64,000 bases of DNA from Candidatus Planktophila sp. GTDB lineage: Bacteria > Actinomycetota > Actinomycetes > Nanopelagicales > Nanopelagicaceae. A program made the position numbers and the translations under genes. The notes beneath the pieces are model-generated. The model was not told the DNA's origin. It searched no databases and was given only the letters and a program-made list of their open reading frames with translations. The stretch covers positions 18,466 through 82,465 of the forward strand of contig JBCKHJ010000002.1 of the NCBI GenBank assembly GCA_038905915.1, read 5' to 3'. Shown in pieces: positions 9,715-20,047 of the stretch (position 1 is its first letter; every line of letters begins with the position of its first letter).

Positions 9715-10641
9715 ATGAACTTTGATGAGAGCCAAGTAATTGCGGCGCTGGCTGCAATTTTTGGCGGCGCGCATGAGGGTGTAGAAGTTGGAATTGGCGA
9801 TGATGGCGCTGTTGTAAGTACTACCGCCAAGAGCGTAATTACGACAGATATGGCAGTTGAAGGTACGCACTTTAATCCACGCTGGTCTTCTGCCTTTGAT
9901 ATCGGGCGCAAAATTACTGCTGCTAACTTGGCTGATATTTATGCAATGGGGGCAACGCCGCAATACTTACTTGTTGCCCTTTCTTTAATTGGCGATGAGA
10001 CGATGGAATGGATTGAAGAGTTAGCCCAAGGAATCACGCACGAAGCTAAAAGTTGTGGCGCAAACGTTGTTGGCGGAGATTTAACGCGCGGGCCAGTAAA
10101 AGTTATTTCAATGACGGCTGTTGGCAGTGTTGAAAAGGCGGCGCTTCGAAGCGGTGCGCAGGTGGGTGAGTCAATTTATCTTTCGTCACTTCCCGGTTGG
10201 TCAGCGGCTGGCCTGTATTTAGCAAACCTCGAAAAAGATTTCACAGGGGATTTAGAACAGTATGCCTTGTCGGAATTTTCAGCTCCCACCGTTGATTACT
10301 CATCGGCCCTTAGTTTTGCAGCCGGTGGTGCAAGCTCAATCTGCGATATTAGCGATGGACTTTTAATTCAGGGCAAGCAGGTAGCAGATGCATCAGGAGT
10401 CGCATTGCACTTTGCTGCCGAAAAATTCAAAGCCCATGCTGAATTTGCACAGTTAGAAGAATTGGCAAAAACTTTTGGCATCGATATCTGGCAATGGATT
10501 TTTGCTGGTGGAGAAGACCATGTATTTCTTGCAACTGGTACTAATTTAGGTGGTTTCGAAGTGGGCGTAGTTGAAAAAGGTTCGGGATTACTTGGCCTAG
10601 AAATGAAAAAAGCACCAGATACCTGGCGCCATTTCAATTAA
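9715..10641 (+). CDS. thiL: Thiamine-phosphate kinase
   Basis: GIGDDGAV, NLADIYAMGA, VVGGDL, DISDGL, GGEDH. Confidence 0.96.
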   Translation: MNFDESQVIAALAAIFGGAHEGVEVGIGDDGAVVSTTAKSVITTDMAVEGTHFNPRWSSAFDIGRKITAANLADIYAMGATPQYLLVALSLIGDETMEWIEELAQGITHEAKSCGANVVGGDLTRGPVKVISMTAVGSVEKAALRSGAQVGESIYLSSLPGWSAAGLYLANLEKDFTGDLEQYALSEFSAPTVDYSSALSFAAGGASSICDISDGLLIQGKQVADASGVALHFAAEKFKAHAEFAQLEELAKTFGIDIWQWIFAGGEDHVFLATGTNLGGFEVGVVEKGSGLLGLEMKKAPDTWRHFN

Positions 10642-10650
10642 AGATTTCAA

Positions 10651-10836
10651 TTAGCGCGTGATTTTCCCAGCCTTAAGGCATGAAGTACAGACGTTTTGAC
10701 GCTTAGGAGTTCCAGCAATCAGAGTGCGAACGCGCTGGATATTTGGATTCCAGCGGCGCCGAGTCTTTACCTGAGAGTGTGAAACGTTATTGCCAAAGCT
10801 GGGGCCTTTGCCACAGATGTCGCATGTTGCTGCCAC
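10651..10836 (-). CDS. rpmB: 50S ribosomal protein L28 (two CxxC pairs)
   Basis: [17 protein letters not shown]...RRWNPNIQ...VCTSCLK; GTG 10836 after SD GAAAGGAAG. Confidence 0.97.
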   Translation of the reverse strand: MAATCDICGKGPSFGNNVSHSQVKTRRRWNPNIQRVRTLIAGTPKRQNVCTSCLKAGKITR

Positions 10837-10971
10837 AGCGAGACTTCCTTTCAAAACACATTCATTAAGTAAGGCGCAAGGGTAGCAAGTAGGGGGCCTT
10901 CGGCGCTAATCGGTCAACGATTGGCTGATGCCACGCCTGAAAAATTAAGCCTTTAAGTGCAGAATGTTCTA

Positions 10972-13143
10972 GTGGCCAATCTTGAGAGCAAACTATCAAG
11001 CGTAATTGGCGATCGCACTGCAGCGGTTTTAGAGAAAAGTTTTGGAATGAAATCAGTAGGCGATTTAATGCGCCACTACCCACGACGCTATGAAGTGCGC
11101 GGGCAATTAACCGATATTTTAAAGTTGCAAGAAGGCGATGAAGTAACAATTTTGGCCCAAGTTCATAGTTCTAATAATCGCGTAATTCGCGGTCGCAAAG
11201 GTGGAATTCTCGAAGTCATTGTTACTGATGGCAGCGCAAAATTATCGCTTACTTTTTTTAATCAAGGTTGGAGAGAGAAAGATTTACGAATTGGGCGGCA
11301 AGGTTTATTTGCTGGAAAGGTTGGAGTCTTTAAAGGTAAGCGCCAATTAGCCCATCCTGATTACGAAATGATTCCAGATGGCAGCGATGTCGATAGCGCT
11401 GTTGCAAGTTTTGCTGGGAAATATCTGCCCGTGTATTCAGCGAGCGCAAAATTGCCGTCATGGAAGATCGCCAAGTGCGTAGAACTGGCAATTAATTCAC
11501 TCGATGAAATTGAAGACTTTCTACCAGATGAGATTCGAAAAAAACACGCTTATCCAACGCTGCATCAAGCTTTGGTTTCGTTGCACCAGCCGCTTGATCT
11601 GGAAAGTGCGGAACTGGCCCGTGCTCGTCTAACTTTTGATGAGGCATTTTTGCTGCAAACTTTATTAGTAATGCGCCGAAATGAATTGAAAAAACTAAAT
11701 ACAAAATCGCGAAAAATTAGAAGCGGCGGTCTACTTGAAGAATTTGATAAATCACTTCCATTTGATTTAACGTCTGGACAGAAAGCGGTTTGCGCTGAAA
11801 TCGAAAATGATTTAGCCCAAGACCATCCGATGCATCGATTACTGCAGGGAGAAGTTGGTTCGGGTAAAACCATTGTTGCGTTGCGCGCCATGTTGGCCGT
11901 TATAGATAGCGGGGGACAGGCAGCCCTTCTTGCACCCACTGAAGTTTTGGCAGCTCAACATCTGCGAACAATTAGAAAATTTTTAGGCACGCGGGCGCTT
12001 AGTGGGATGTTAGGAAGTGATGAAAAATCCACGCAAGTAACACTTGTAACTGGTTCGCAAAGTTCTGCTGCACGCAAAGAAGCGTTGGCACTTGCAGCAA
12101 CTGGTGAAGCCGGAATTATTATTGGAACGCACGCGCTACTGGGTGAAAAAGTTGAGTTCAAAGATTTGGGATTAATCGTTGTAGATGAACAACATCGTTT
12201 CGGGGTAGAGCAACGCGATGCGCTTAAAGAAAAAGCAGAGCAACCACCGCATTTACTTGTTATGACGGCAACACCAATTCCTCGCACCGTTGCAATGACG
12301 GTCTTTGGAGATTTAGATATTTCCACACTTCGCGAATTACCATTAGGACGCCAGCCAATTACTACACATATTATTCCAGTGCTAGAGAAACCAAATTATT
12401 TGGAACGTGCTTGGTCGCGTATTAGCGAGGAAGTGGCCCTTAAGCATCAGGCCTACATCGTGGCGCCACGCATCAGCGAAGGCACATCGGCTGATTGCGA
12501 TTTGGAATTTTTGTTTGGAGAAAGTTCTAATGACATAACATCGGTAGAAGAATTAGAACCGCGATTAGCAAAGGGCGCACTATCTGCTTTGAAATTAGCC
12601 CCCTTGCACGGTCGCCAAGCCAGCGAACTCAAAGAAGCGACAATGGCCGCTTTTGCTCAAGGCGATATCGATGTGCTCGTTTCTACGACAGTTATCGAAG
12701 TTGGCGTAGATGTTGCCAACGCAACAGTTATGGTAATTATGGATGCAGAGCGTTTTGGTATTTCGCAATTGCACCAATTACGGGGTCGCGTAGGTCGCGG
12801 AACTTCTCCGGGGCTTTGTTTATTAGTAACGAGTGCACCAGCCAATTCAGCCGCAAGAGCGCGTCTAGATGCTGTTGCTGCAACCCTTGATGGGTTTGAA
12901 CTTTCAAGAATTGATTTAGAACAGAGACGCGAAGGCGATGTTTTGGGAGCCGATCAATCTGGAACCCGTTCTCACCTGCGATTACTTCGAGTTTTGCGCG
13001 ATGAAGATTTAATTGATTTGGCTCGAAAAGATGCCGAAGAATTAATCGGTGAGATTAATGATTTGCGAAGTTATCCTGCGCTCGAAAGAGAGTTGTCAAT
13101 ATTGCGCCGAGATAGCGCAGTAGATTACTTGGATAAGGGTTAA
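10972..13143 (+). CDS. recG: ATP-dependent DNA helicase RecG (start GTG 10972 or 10957)
   Basis: LLQGEVGSGKT, VDEQHRFGV, MTATPIPRT, QLHQLRGRVGRG. Confidence 0.97.
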   Translation: MANLESKLSSVIGDRTAAVLEKSFGMKSVGDLMRHYPRRYEVRGQLTDILKLQEGDEVTILAQVHSSNNRVIRGRKGGILEVIVTDGSAKLSLTFFNQGWREKDLRIGRQGLFAGKVGVFKGKRQLAHPDYEMIPDGSDVDSAVASFAGKYLPVYSASAKLPSWKIAKCVELAINSLDEIEDFLPDEIRKKHAYPTLHQALVSLHQPLDLESAELARARLTFDEAFLLQTLLVMRRNELKKLNTKSRKIRSGGLLEEFDKSLPFDLTSGQKAVCAEIENDLAQDHPMHRLLQGEVGSGKTIVALRAMLAVIDSGGQAALLAPTEVLAAQHLRTIRKFLGTRALSGMLGSDEKSTQVTLVTGSQSSAARKEALALAATGEAGIIIGTHALLGEKVEFKDLGLIVVDEQHRFGVEQRDALKEKAEQPPHLLVMTATPIPRTVAMTVFGDLDISTLRELPLGRQPITTHIIPVLEKPNYLERAWSRISEEVALKHQAYIVAPRISEGTSADCDLEFLFGESSNDITSVEELEPRLAKGALSALKLAPLHGRQASELKEATMAAFAQGDIDVLVSTTVIEVGVDVANATVMVIMDAERFGISQLHQLRGRVGRGTSPGLCLLVTSAPANSAARARLDAVAATLDGFELSRIDLEQRREGDVLGADQSGTRSHLRLLRVLRDEDLIDLARKDAEELIGEINDLRSYPALERELSILRRDSAVDYLDKG

Positions 13144-13148
13144 GGAAT

Positions 13149-13718
13149 ATGAGAATCATTGCTGGAGTTGCAAAAGGTCGGACTTTGAGTAGCGTTGCTG
13201 GCGCAACCAGACCAACATCAGATCGTGCGCGTGAAGGGCTTTTCTCATCATTGACTTCTGAATTCGGTGATTTTTTAGGTTTACATGTTTTAGATCTCTT
13301 TGCAGGCTCGGGTGCAATTGGGCTAGAAGCGCTCTCACGTGGTGCAACGCTTGTTCACGCGGTAGAAAAAGATAGCAGCGCGCAAAAAACTATTAGCACT
13401 AATGAAGAATTAGTTTTGAAATCAAAACCCGTTGGCAAATTTCATCTTTATTGCATGTCGGCGCAGCGTTTTATAAGTGATCCACCTAAATGGCTCTATC
13501 ACTTGGTTTATATAGATCCACCTTATGATTTTCCAGATACCGATCTAGAAGTATTGCTGACTGATTTAGATGGTGGCCAATTTCTAAGTAGTGATGCATT
13601 TATTGCAATCGAGCGAACTTCAAAGAGTTCACACTTTAATTGGCCCCCACACTTTGAATCAGTGCGTGAACGCAATTATGGGCAAGCAACGATTTATTAT
13701 GCAAATTACAAGCCTTGA
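13149..13718 (+). CDS. rsmD: 16S rRNA m2G966 methyltransferase
   Basis: RPTSDRARE, LDLFAGSGA, DPPY; recG-rsmD-coaD synteny. Confidence 0.95.
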   Translation: MRIIAGVAKGRTLSSVAGATRPTSDRAREGLFSSLTSEFGDFLGLHVLDLFAGSGAIGLEALSRGATLVHAVEKDSSAQKTISTNEELVLKSKPVGKFHLYCMSAQRFISDPPKWLYHLVYIDPPYDFPDTDLEVLLTDLDGGQFLSSDAFIAIERTSKSSHFNWPPHFESVRERNYGQATIYYANYKP

Positions 13719-13768
13719 TTTAAGCGCGTGAATGGATAAGTAAGCCATCTATTGCTAGCGTTGACACC

Positions 13769-14248
13769 ATGAATCGTGCTGTTTGCCCAGGCTCTTTTGA
13801 TCCAATTACATATGGACACATAGACATTATCAAGCGTGCTAGTTCTCATTTTGATCAAGTTGTTGTTGCAGTTCTTGAAAATCGCACAAAAGCCAGCCTA
13901 TTTACCGTGGCCGAACGAATGGAAATGATTCGCGAGACTACTACTAAATTCCCAAATGTAGTTGTGGATTCATGGAGCGGATTGCTAGTTGATTATTGTA
14001 AGCGCAACTCAATCACGGCGATTGTAAAAGGTCTGCGCGCTATTACTGATTTTGATTATGAACTTCAAATGGCACAAGTAAATTTACAAGGTTCTGGAGT
14101 AGAAACGATGTTTATGGCTACTTCACCAGTGCATTCATTTTTATCATCATCGATTGTCAAAGAGTTGGCGCATTTTAACGGTGACGTTTCTAGCATGGTT
14201 CCACCAGTGATCAATGAAGCTTTAAAAAAGAGAATGGCGGGGAAATAA
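13769..14248 (+). CDS. coaD: Phosphopantetheine adenylyltransferase
   Basis: PGSFDPITYGH, KGLRAITDFDYE, SSSIVKE. Confidence 0.98.
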   Translation: MNRAVCPGSFDPITYGHIDIIKRASSHFDQVVVAVLENRTKASLFTVAERMEMIRETTTKFPNVVVDSWSGLLVDYCKRNSITAIVKGLRAITDFDYELQMAQVNLQGSGVETMFMATSPVHSFLSSSIVKELAHFNGDVSSMVPPVINEALKKRMAGK

Positions 14249-14251
14249 TCC

Positions 14252-14734
14252 ATGGAATCAGTTGAGAAATTAAGCAGTGCCATCACTATGGTTGAAGAAG
14301 CCCGCAGGGTTCCGCTATCGGCTTCGTGTGTTGTACACCGCGGGGAAATGTTAGAACTTCTAGATGATGCTCGCGCAGCTCTTCCGGCCGACCTAGCAGC
14401 TGCCCAAAAAGTTTTAGCCACTCGCGATGCAATCATTGAAGAAGGCAGAGTAAGTTGTGAAAACATGATTACCATGGCTCGTGAAGATGTTGCGCGTATG
14501 ATCGAGCAGGCGGGAATCGTGCAAGCAGCGCGTGCCGAAGCCAAGAAAATTCTCAGTGATGTAAAAATTACTGCCGAAGAAGAGCGAGAAGAAGTCGAAG
14601 CCTATATCGATGGCCGCCTGGCAACTCTAGAAGTCATCCTAAATAAAACCATGGATGCAGTAACGCGCGGTCGTGAGCGCTTAGCCGGAGCCGATGATAA
14701 GGATATTCTTTCTCAACTCTCTGACGAAAAGTAA
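14252..14734 (+). CDS. Coiled-coil protein (SepIVA/Rv2927c-like)
   Basis: VEEARRVPLSASCVVHRGEMLELLD; position between coaD and yceD. Confidence 0.8.
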   Translation: MESVEKLSSAITMVEEARRVPLSASCVVHRGEMLELLDDARAALPADLAAAQKVLATRDAIIEEGRVSCENMITMAREDVARMIEQAGIVQAARAEAKKILSDVKITAEEEREEVEAYIDGRLATLEVILNKTMDAVTRGRERLAGADDKDILSQLSDEK

Positions 14735-14739
14735 CCTCG

Positions 14740-15339
14740 ATGGCCCTTGCAAGTGAAATCTTTAAATTAAATACTCACGAATTGCCTAGGCGAGCCGGTG
14801 AGATGAAGGAATACCAGCTTGATTTGAAGGTTATTGAAAAAGTTGGTGTTGAACTAATAGCAATTCCTGCTGGTGAAATCATCGAAGTTGATGCGCGCCT
14901 AGAAGCGGTAACGCAGGGCGTACTTCTAACTGCGCAAATTTATGCAACAGCTTTTGGTGAATGTATTCGATGTCTTGACCCTGTCAAAGTAGAAATTGAT
15001 CGCCCAATTCAAGAGTTGTATTTTTATGAGAGCAAACCCGAACGTGGTGCGCGTCGGAAAAAAGTTATTGAAAAAAATGAGGATGATTTAGATAGCGATG
15101 ATGAATTGCATATGGATGGCGATATTATGGATTTAGGAATTCCAATTCGGGATGCAATCGTGCTGGCGCTTCCGATTAATCCGCTATGCAGCCCAGAGTG
15201 TGCGGGACTTTGCCAAGAGTGCGGTGAGAAATGGGCCAGCCTGATTCCTGACCATGTTCATGAGGTCATCGATGCCAGATGGGCGAGATTATCTGACCTT
15301 GCCGTTGCGTCTGAGATTGACCCCGATTTCAGGAATTGA
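14740..15339 (+). CDS. YceD/DUF177 family protein
   Basis: ECIRCL and PLCSPECAGLCQECG...DARW; upstream of rpmF. Confidence 0.92.
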   Translation: MALASEIFKLNTHELPRRAGEMKEYQLDLKVIEKVGVELIAIPAGEIIEVDARLEAVTQGVLLTAQIYATAFGECIRCLDPVKVEIDRPIQELYFYESKPERGARRKKVIEKNEDDLDSDDELHMDGDIMDLGIPIRDAIVLALPINPLCSPECAGLCQECGEKWASLIPDHVHEVIDARWARLSDLAVASEIDPDFRN

Positions 15340-15416
15340 GCATTTTGCGCGATACTAATCCCCTTGCAAATCAACTTGCACGCATAGATTTGAAGCCACG
15401 TTAGGAAGTAGTAGAG

Positions 15417-15590
15417 ATGCCAGTACCAAAGCGAAAAATGTCGCGTTCGAAGACGCGCTCACGCCGAAGCCAGTGGAAGACAACTGCAGCAGCACTTGCG
15501 GCATGTCCACAGTGCCAGCAACCAAAATTGCAACACAGGGCCTGCCCAACTTGCGGTACTTATAACCGTCGTCAGGTAATAGAGGTCTGA
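15417..15590 (+). CDS. rpmF: 50S ribosomal protein L32 (57 aa; absent from the ORF track)
   Basis: Manual translation MPVPKRKMSRSKTRSRRSQWKTTAAALAACPQCQQPKLQHRACPTCGTYNRRQVIEV. Confidence 0.97.
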   Translation: MPVPKRKMSRSKTRSRRSQWKTTAAALAACPQCQQPKLQHRACPTCGTYNRRQVIEV

Positions 15591-15600
15591 TCTGCGCTCG

Positions 15601-16281
15601 TTGCTAGCTAAGCGGTTGGGTGTTGATATTGAACCCGCCTTGCTTGAGTTGGCTTTTACTCATCGTTCATTTGCATATGAATCAGGAAGTAAAGAAACAA
15701 ACGAACGACTTGAATTTCTAGGCGATTCAGTTCTTGGATTAATAGTTACCGAAGAACTATATATTCGTTATCCAGATTTAGATGAAAGTAGCCTATCACC
15801 GCTGCGCTCTGGCATTGTAAATATGCGCGCGCTAGCCGATATTGCGCGCGAATTAGATCTTGGAAAATTTATTCGACTTGGCAAAGGTGAAGAAGTAACA
15901 GGTGGGCGCGATAAAAATTCACTTTTAGCCGATGCCCTCGAAGCGCTAATCGGCGCGATTTATTTACAATTTGGTTTTGAAAAATGCACACTAATTGTGC
16001 GAGATTTAATTCAATCCACAATGGCCGGCGCTGTTGCACGTGGCGCTGGTTTAGACGGCAAGACCGCGCTTCAAGAATTAGCAGCATCCCTAAATAAAGG
16101 AACCCCCGAATATCTTGTAACCGAAGAAGGACCAGATCACGCTAAGAATTTCACTGCAGTAGCAATGCTTGCGGGCATTGCCCTGAGCGAGGGTGTGGGA
16201 AAGAGCAAACGCGAGGCCGAACAAGTTGCAGCGCGTATTGCCTATGAAAGCCTTAAGAGTGAAATACTACCGCAGGCGTAA
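15601..16281 (+). CDS. rnc: Ribonuclease III
   Basis: THRS, NERLEFLGDSVL, C-terminal dsRBD. Confidence 0.98.
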   Translation: MLAKRLGVDIEPALLELAFTHRSFAYESGSKETNERLEFLGDSVLGLIVTEELYIRYPDLDESSLSPLRSGIVNMRALADIARELDLGKFIRLGKGEEVTGGRDKNSLLADALEALIGAIYLQFGFEKCTLIVRDLIQSTMAGAVARGAGLDGKTALQELAASLNKGTPEYLVTEEGPDHAKNFTAVAMLAGIALSEGVGKSKREAEQVAARIAYESLKSEILPQA

Positions 16282-16343
16282 CTCACTTCTTTTTAGACTA
16301 GTCGCACTCTAAAAATCATCGCCAAAAGCGATAGGTTTGCCGC

Positions 16344-19300
16344 GTGTATTTGAAGAGCATCACCCTTAAAGGCTTTAAGTCCTTTGCCTCTACCACCACG
16401 CTGCGCTTTGAACCAGGAATCACCTGCGTTGTTGGTCCCAACGGTTCTGGCAAAAGTAACGTTGTTGACGCGCTCATATGGGTTATGGGTGAGCAAGGTC
16501 CTAAATCATTACGCGGCGGAAAGATGGAAGATGTAATTTTCGCTGGGACAAGCGCTCGCGCACCACTTGGTCGCGCAGAAGTTTCCTTAACAATTGATAA
16601 CACAGATGGCGCACTACCGATTGAATTTAGTGAAGTAACAATTTCACGCATTCTTTTTCGCAATGGACAGAGCGAATATCAAATTAACGGAGAAGCAACG
16701 CGCTTATTAGATATTCAAGAATTGCTCAGCGATTCTGGAATTGGGCGTGAAATGCACGTAATCGTTAGTCAAGGTCAACTTGATGCGATTTTGATGGCCA
16801 CGCCAGAAGAGCGTCGTGGTTTTATTGAAGAGGCAGCGGGCGTATTAAAACATCGTAAACGTAAAGAAAAAGCGCTTCGCAAACTCGATTCAATGCAGGC
16901 CAACCTAGCGCGCATTCAAGATTTAACGCTTGAATTACGCCGCCAATTGCGCCCACTAGGAAAACAAGCAGAAGTTGCAAAGAAAGCGGCAACAATTCAA
17001 GCCGATCTGCGTGATGCAAAGTTGCGCTTACTTGCCGATGATTACATCTCGCTTTCGAAAACACTTACCGTTGAAGTTGCCGACGAGAATGCCCTACGTG
17101 AGCGCCGCCGCATTGTCGAAACCGATTTAGATCGAACTCGTAATCGGGAAGAAGTGCTCGATGCGCAAGTCGCATTTGAAAGTCCACTTTTAGTTCAAGC
17201 ACAAGAGACCTATTACCAATTAAGTTCGTTGCGTGAAAAATTTCGTGGAACTCAATCTTTGGCACAAGAGCGTTCGCGTTTTCTGGCAGAAGAAGCCGAA
17301 GAAGCGCGCACACTTGGGCGCGATCCGGAAAGCCTTGAACGCGAAGCCCAAATTTTGCGCGCAGAAGAATTAACACTTCGCAACAATGTAACTTCGGCCC
17401 AGCATGGACTTGAATTAGCAACTGCGCAATTATTAGATGCCGAAAATGTGCTTCGTATTGATGAAGATAAAATTGCTGCAGCAATGCGCGCAATTGCCGA
17501 TGCTCGCGAAGGTACTGCGCGCCAAGAAGGTCACATCAAATCACTTGCAGCTCGCCTTGAAGCAATTGCTAGTGAAATTGCCCGTTTAACTAAAGCTAGA
17601 GACGAAGCCAATGCTCGCGTAGAAAGTGCTAAGCGTGACTATTCGGTCTATGAATTAGAAATTGCTAGCGCTGATTCGGGCGAACTTGGTTTAGATTCGC
17701 AATTTGAAAGCGCAAGAGGCGCGCTTAACTCTGCAAAAAGCGCATTGGGCGAAGTAATTGAGGCCGAACGCGTTGCTGATCGCGAACGCAACGGTGTCGA
17801 ATCTAAATTGGAAGCAATTAAATTAACTTCAGCAAGTCGCGATGGTGTCGCCGCCCTACTTAATGATTCACGCGGTCTTTCAATTCTTGGAAGTCTGGCA
17901 TCGCTTTTAGAGATTGATTCTGGTTGGGAGGCAGCCGCAGCAGCTGCCCTTGGAAGGTATGCCAATGCCATTGTTGTTCAAGATTTGAATTCGGCAATTA
18001 CTGCGCTGACCACACTTCGCAGCGAAAATCTTGGACAAGCCGATGTTCTTGTTTATCAAGGTGGTGATGGAAAAAATCTGCGAACAGTTCCTGCAGGGTT
18101 AAACCCATTGAGTTCGCATATTCGCTCGTCCAAAATAAGTGAACTTTTAGCAACTCTGCTTGACTCAATTGTTGTTGCTGACTCTGCACGATCTGCAGAA
18201 TCTATTATCGGCTCACATCCACATTTAACTGTAGTAACTCGTGACGGGGATGTAATTAATCAATCTCGTGCAAGCGGTGGTTCACAATCTTCTTCATCCC
18301 TCATTGAAATCGAAGCCCTCGTTGAAACCCTAGAAAAGAAATTAGTTGAACTTTCGCACACCTGCGATCGTTTGCGATTTGAAATTTTGACTGCAAATCA
18401 GCACGTTGAATCACGCCAGAGCGAATTCGATTTAGCCCTTGCGCGATTGACCGAATCTGATTCCCGAATTGCAGCATTGATTGAACAACTAGCTGTTGCT
18501 GGACAAAATATGAAATCTGCATCGGCTGAAGTAAGTCGCCTTAATCAATTAATTGCTGAAGCCAGCGGTGCGAAATCTCGTGATGATGACGAATTAGTAA
18601 TTGCCCAGAATCAATTGCAACAGCGCGGGGAAATTACTCAACCAGATCATTCATATACTGAAATTTTGAGAAATGAAGTATCGAATGCGCGCACTACTGA
18701 AATTGAAGCCCGACTCGCAGTACGCACAATTGAAGAACGTGTAGATTCAGTTGCTGCGCGCGCCCAAACACTCGAGGCGACTGCTCTGGCCGAGCGTGAA
18801 GCATCTGCGCGGGCGGTATCGCGCCGTGGTGCGCGAGCACGTGGAGCAATAATTTCGCGCGCAATTGCCGAAGCGGCATATGAGGCCCTTATCTATATTG
18901 AGAGATCCATTGCGAAAGCAGCTACCGAACGTTCGCGACTTGAAGAATCTCGCGTGGCGCGTGAAGGTGAGACTCTAACTATTCGCGCACGGGGGCGTGG
19001 ACTAACTACTGAACTCGACCAATTAACTTCTAGCGTTCATCGTGATGAAATCGCACGCGCACAACAGCGTTTACGAATTGAGAATCTAGAACTTAAAACA
19101 GTTGAGGAATTTGGTATTGATACGGCGACTTTAATTGGTGAATATGGCCCAGATAAAGATGTGCCAACGTTTTTTGAGACCGAAACAGGTGAAATCGTTG
19201 CAACGGAATTAATTCCTTATCGCAGAGATCAACAAGAAAAACGCCTTGCAACAACTGAGCGCTCTTTGACTCTTCTTGGAAAAATTAACCCGCTAGCCCT

Positions 19301-19883
19301 TGAAGAATTTACCGCCCTTGAAGAGCGTTTAAAGTTTCTTGCAGAACAACTTGAAGATTTAAAGAATACAAAGAAAGACCTTCTTGCTATTATTAAAGAA
19401 GTTGACGAACGCGTTCAGAAAATTTTTATGGATGCATTTGCCGATACTGCGCAACATTTTGAAGATATATTTGCGCGTCTATTTCCTGGTGGCGATGGCC
19501 GATTAATTTTGACTAATCCTGATGATCCAATCAATAGTGGCGTAGATGTAGAAGCTCGCCCACCTGGAAAGCGCATTAAACGTCTATCACTTCTCTCCGG
19601 TGGAGAAAAATCTCTAACTGCGGTGGCGATGTTGATTGCTATCTTTAAAGCCCGACCAAGTCCGTTCTATGTTCTAGATGAAGTTGAAGCCGCCCTCGAT
19701 GATGTGAACTTGGGTCGCTTGCTCGGTGTTATGGAAGAACTTCGTGCAAGTTCGCAACTAATTATTATCACCCACCAAAAACGCACAATGGAAATTGCAG
19801 ATGCCCTATACGGCGTCACCATGCGTGGGGACGGTGTGACAGAAGTTATTTCACAACGACTTCGCGAATATGATGCAAGTTAA
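16344..19883 (+). CDS. smc: Chromosome segregation protein SMC
   Basis: GPNGSGKSN, coiled coils and hinge, LSGGEK, LDEVEAALD. Confidence 0.98.
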   Translation: MYLKSITLKGFKSFASTTTLRFEPGITCVVGPNGSGKSNVVDALIWVMGEQGPKSLRGGKMEDVIFAGTSARAPLGRAEVSLTIDNTDGALPIEFSEVTISRILFRNGQSEYQINGEATRLLDIQELLSDSGIGREMHVIVSQGQLDAILMATPEERRGFIEEAAGVLKHRKRKEKALRKLDSMQANLARIQDLTLELRRQLRPLGKQAEVAKKAATIQADLRDAKLRLLADDYISLSKTLTVEVADENALRERRRIVETDLDRTRNREEVLDAQVAFESPLLVQAQETYYQLSSLREKFRGTQSLAQERSRFLAEEAEEARTLGRDPESLEREAQILRAEELTLRNNVTSAQHGLELATAQLLDAENVLRIDEDKIAAAMRAIADAREGTARQEGHIKSLAARLEAIASEIARLTKARDEANARVESAKRDYSVYELEIASADSGELGLDSQFESARGALNSAKSALGEVIEAERVADRERNGVESKLEAIKLTSASRDGVAALLNDSRGLSILGSLASLLEIDSGWEAAAAAALGRYANAIVVQDLNSAITALTTLRSENLGQADVLVYQGGDGKNLRTVPAGLNPLSSHIRSSKISELLATLLDSIVVADSARSAESIIGSHPHLTVVTRDGDVINQSRASGGSQSSSSLIEIEALVETLEKKLVELSHTCDRLRFEILTANQHVESRQSEFDLALARLTESDSRIAALIEQLAVAGQNMKSASAEVSRLNQLIAEASGAKSRDDDELVIAQNQLQQRGEITQPDHSYTEILRNEVSNARTTEIEARLAVRTIEERVDSVAARAQTLEATALAEREASARAVSRRGARARGAIISRAIAEAAYEALIYIERSIAKAATERSRLEESRVAREGETLTIRARGRGLTTELDQLTSSVHRDEIARAQQRLRIENLELKTVEEFGIDTATLIGEYGPDKDVPTFFETETGEIVATELIPYRRDQQEKRLATTERSLTLLGKINPLALEEFTALEERLKFLAEQLEDLKNTKKDLLAIIKEVDERVQKIFMDAFADTAQHFEDIFARLFPGGDGRLILTNPDDPINSGVDVEARPPGKRIKRLSLLSGGEKSLTAVAMLIAIFKARPSPFYVLDEVEAALDDVNLGRLLGVMEELRASSQLIIITHQKRTMEIADALYGVTMRGDGVTEVISQRLREYDAS

Positions 19884-20047
19884 TGAGTCTATTTAGTAAG
19901 TTCCTTGCAAAAATAAAAGGCACAGATGATTTTTCGGCAGCAGACTGGGCCGAACTTGAAAGAGAACTTCTTGTATCTGATTTGGGCCCATCGCTTTCAA
20001 GAGGGTTAATAGAGGAAGCTAAAAGGGTAAAGAGCGAGGATGCTGAA
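19883..20047 (+). pseudogene. ftsY: 5' fragment (~55 codons) of SRP receptor FtsY
   Basis: DWAELERELLVSDLG N-domain helix directly after smc; no GTPase domain follows; the ORF stops at 20083. Confidence 0.8.

Noticed and set aside
15355-15549. 64-aa minus-strand ORF
   Set aside because: Antisense to the real rpmF gene at 15417-15590.
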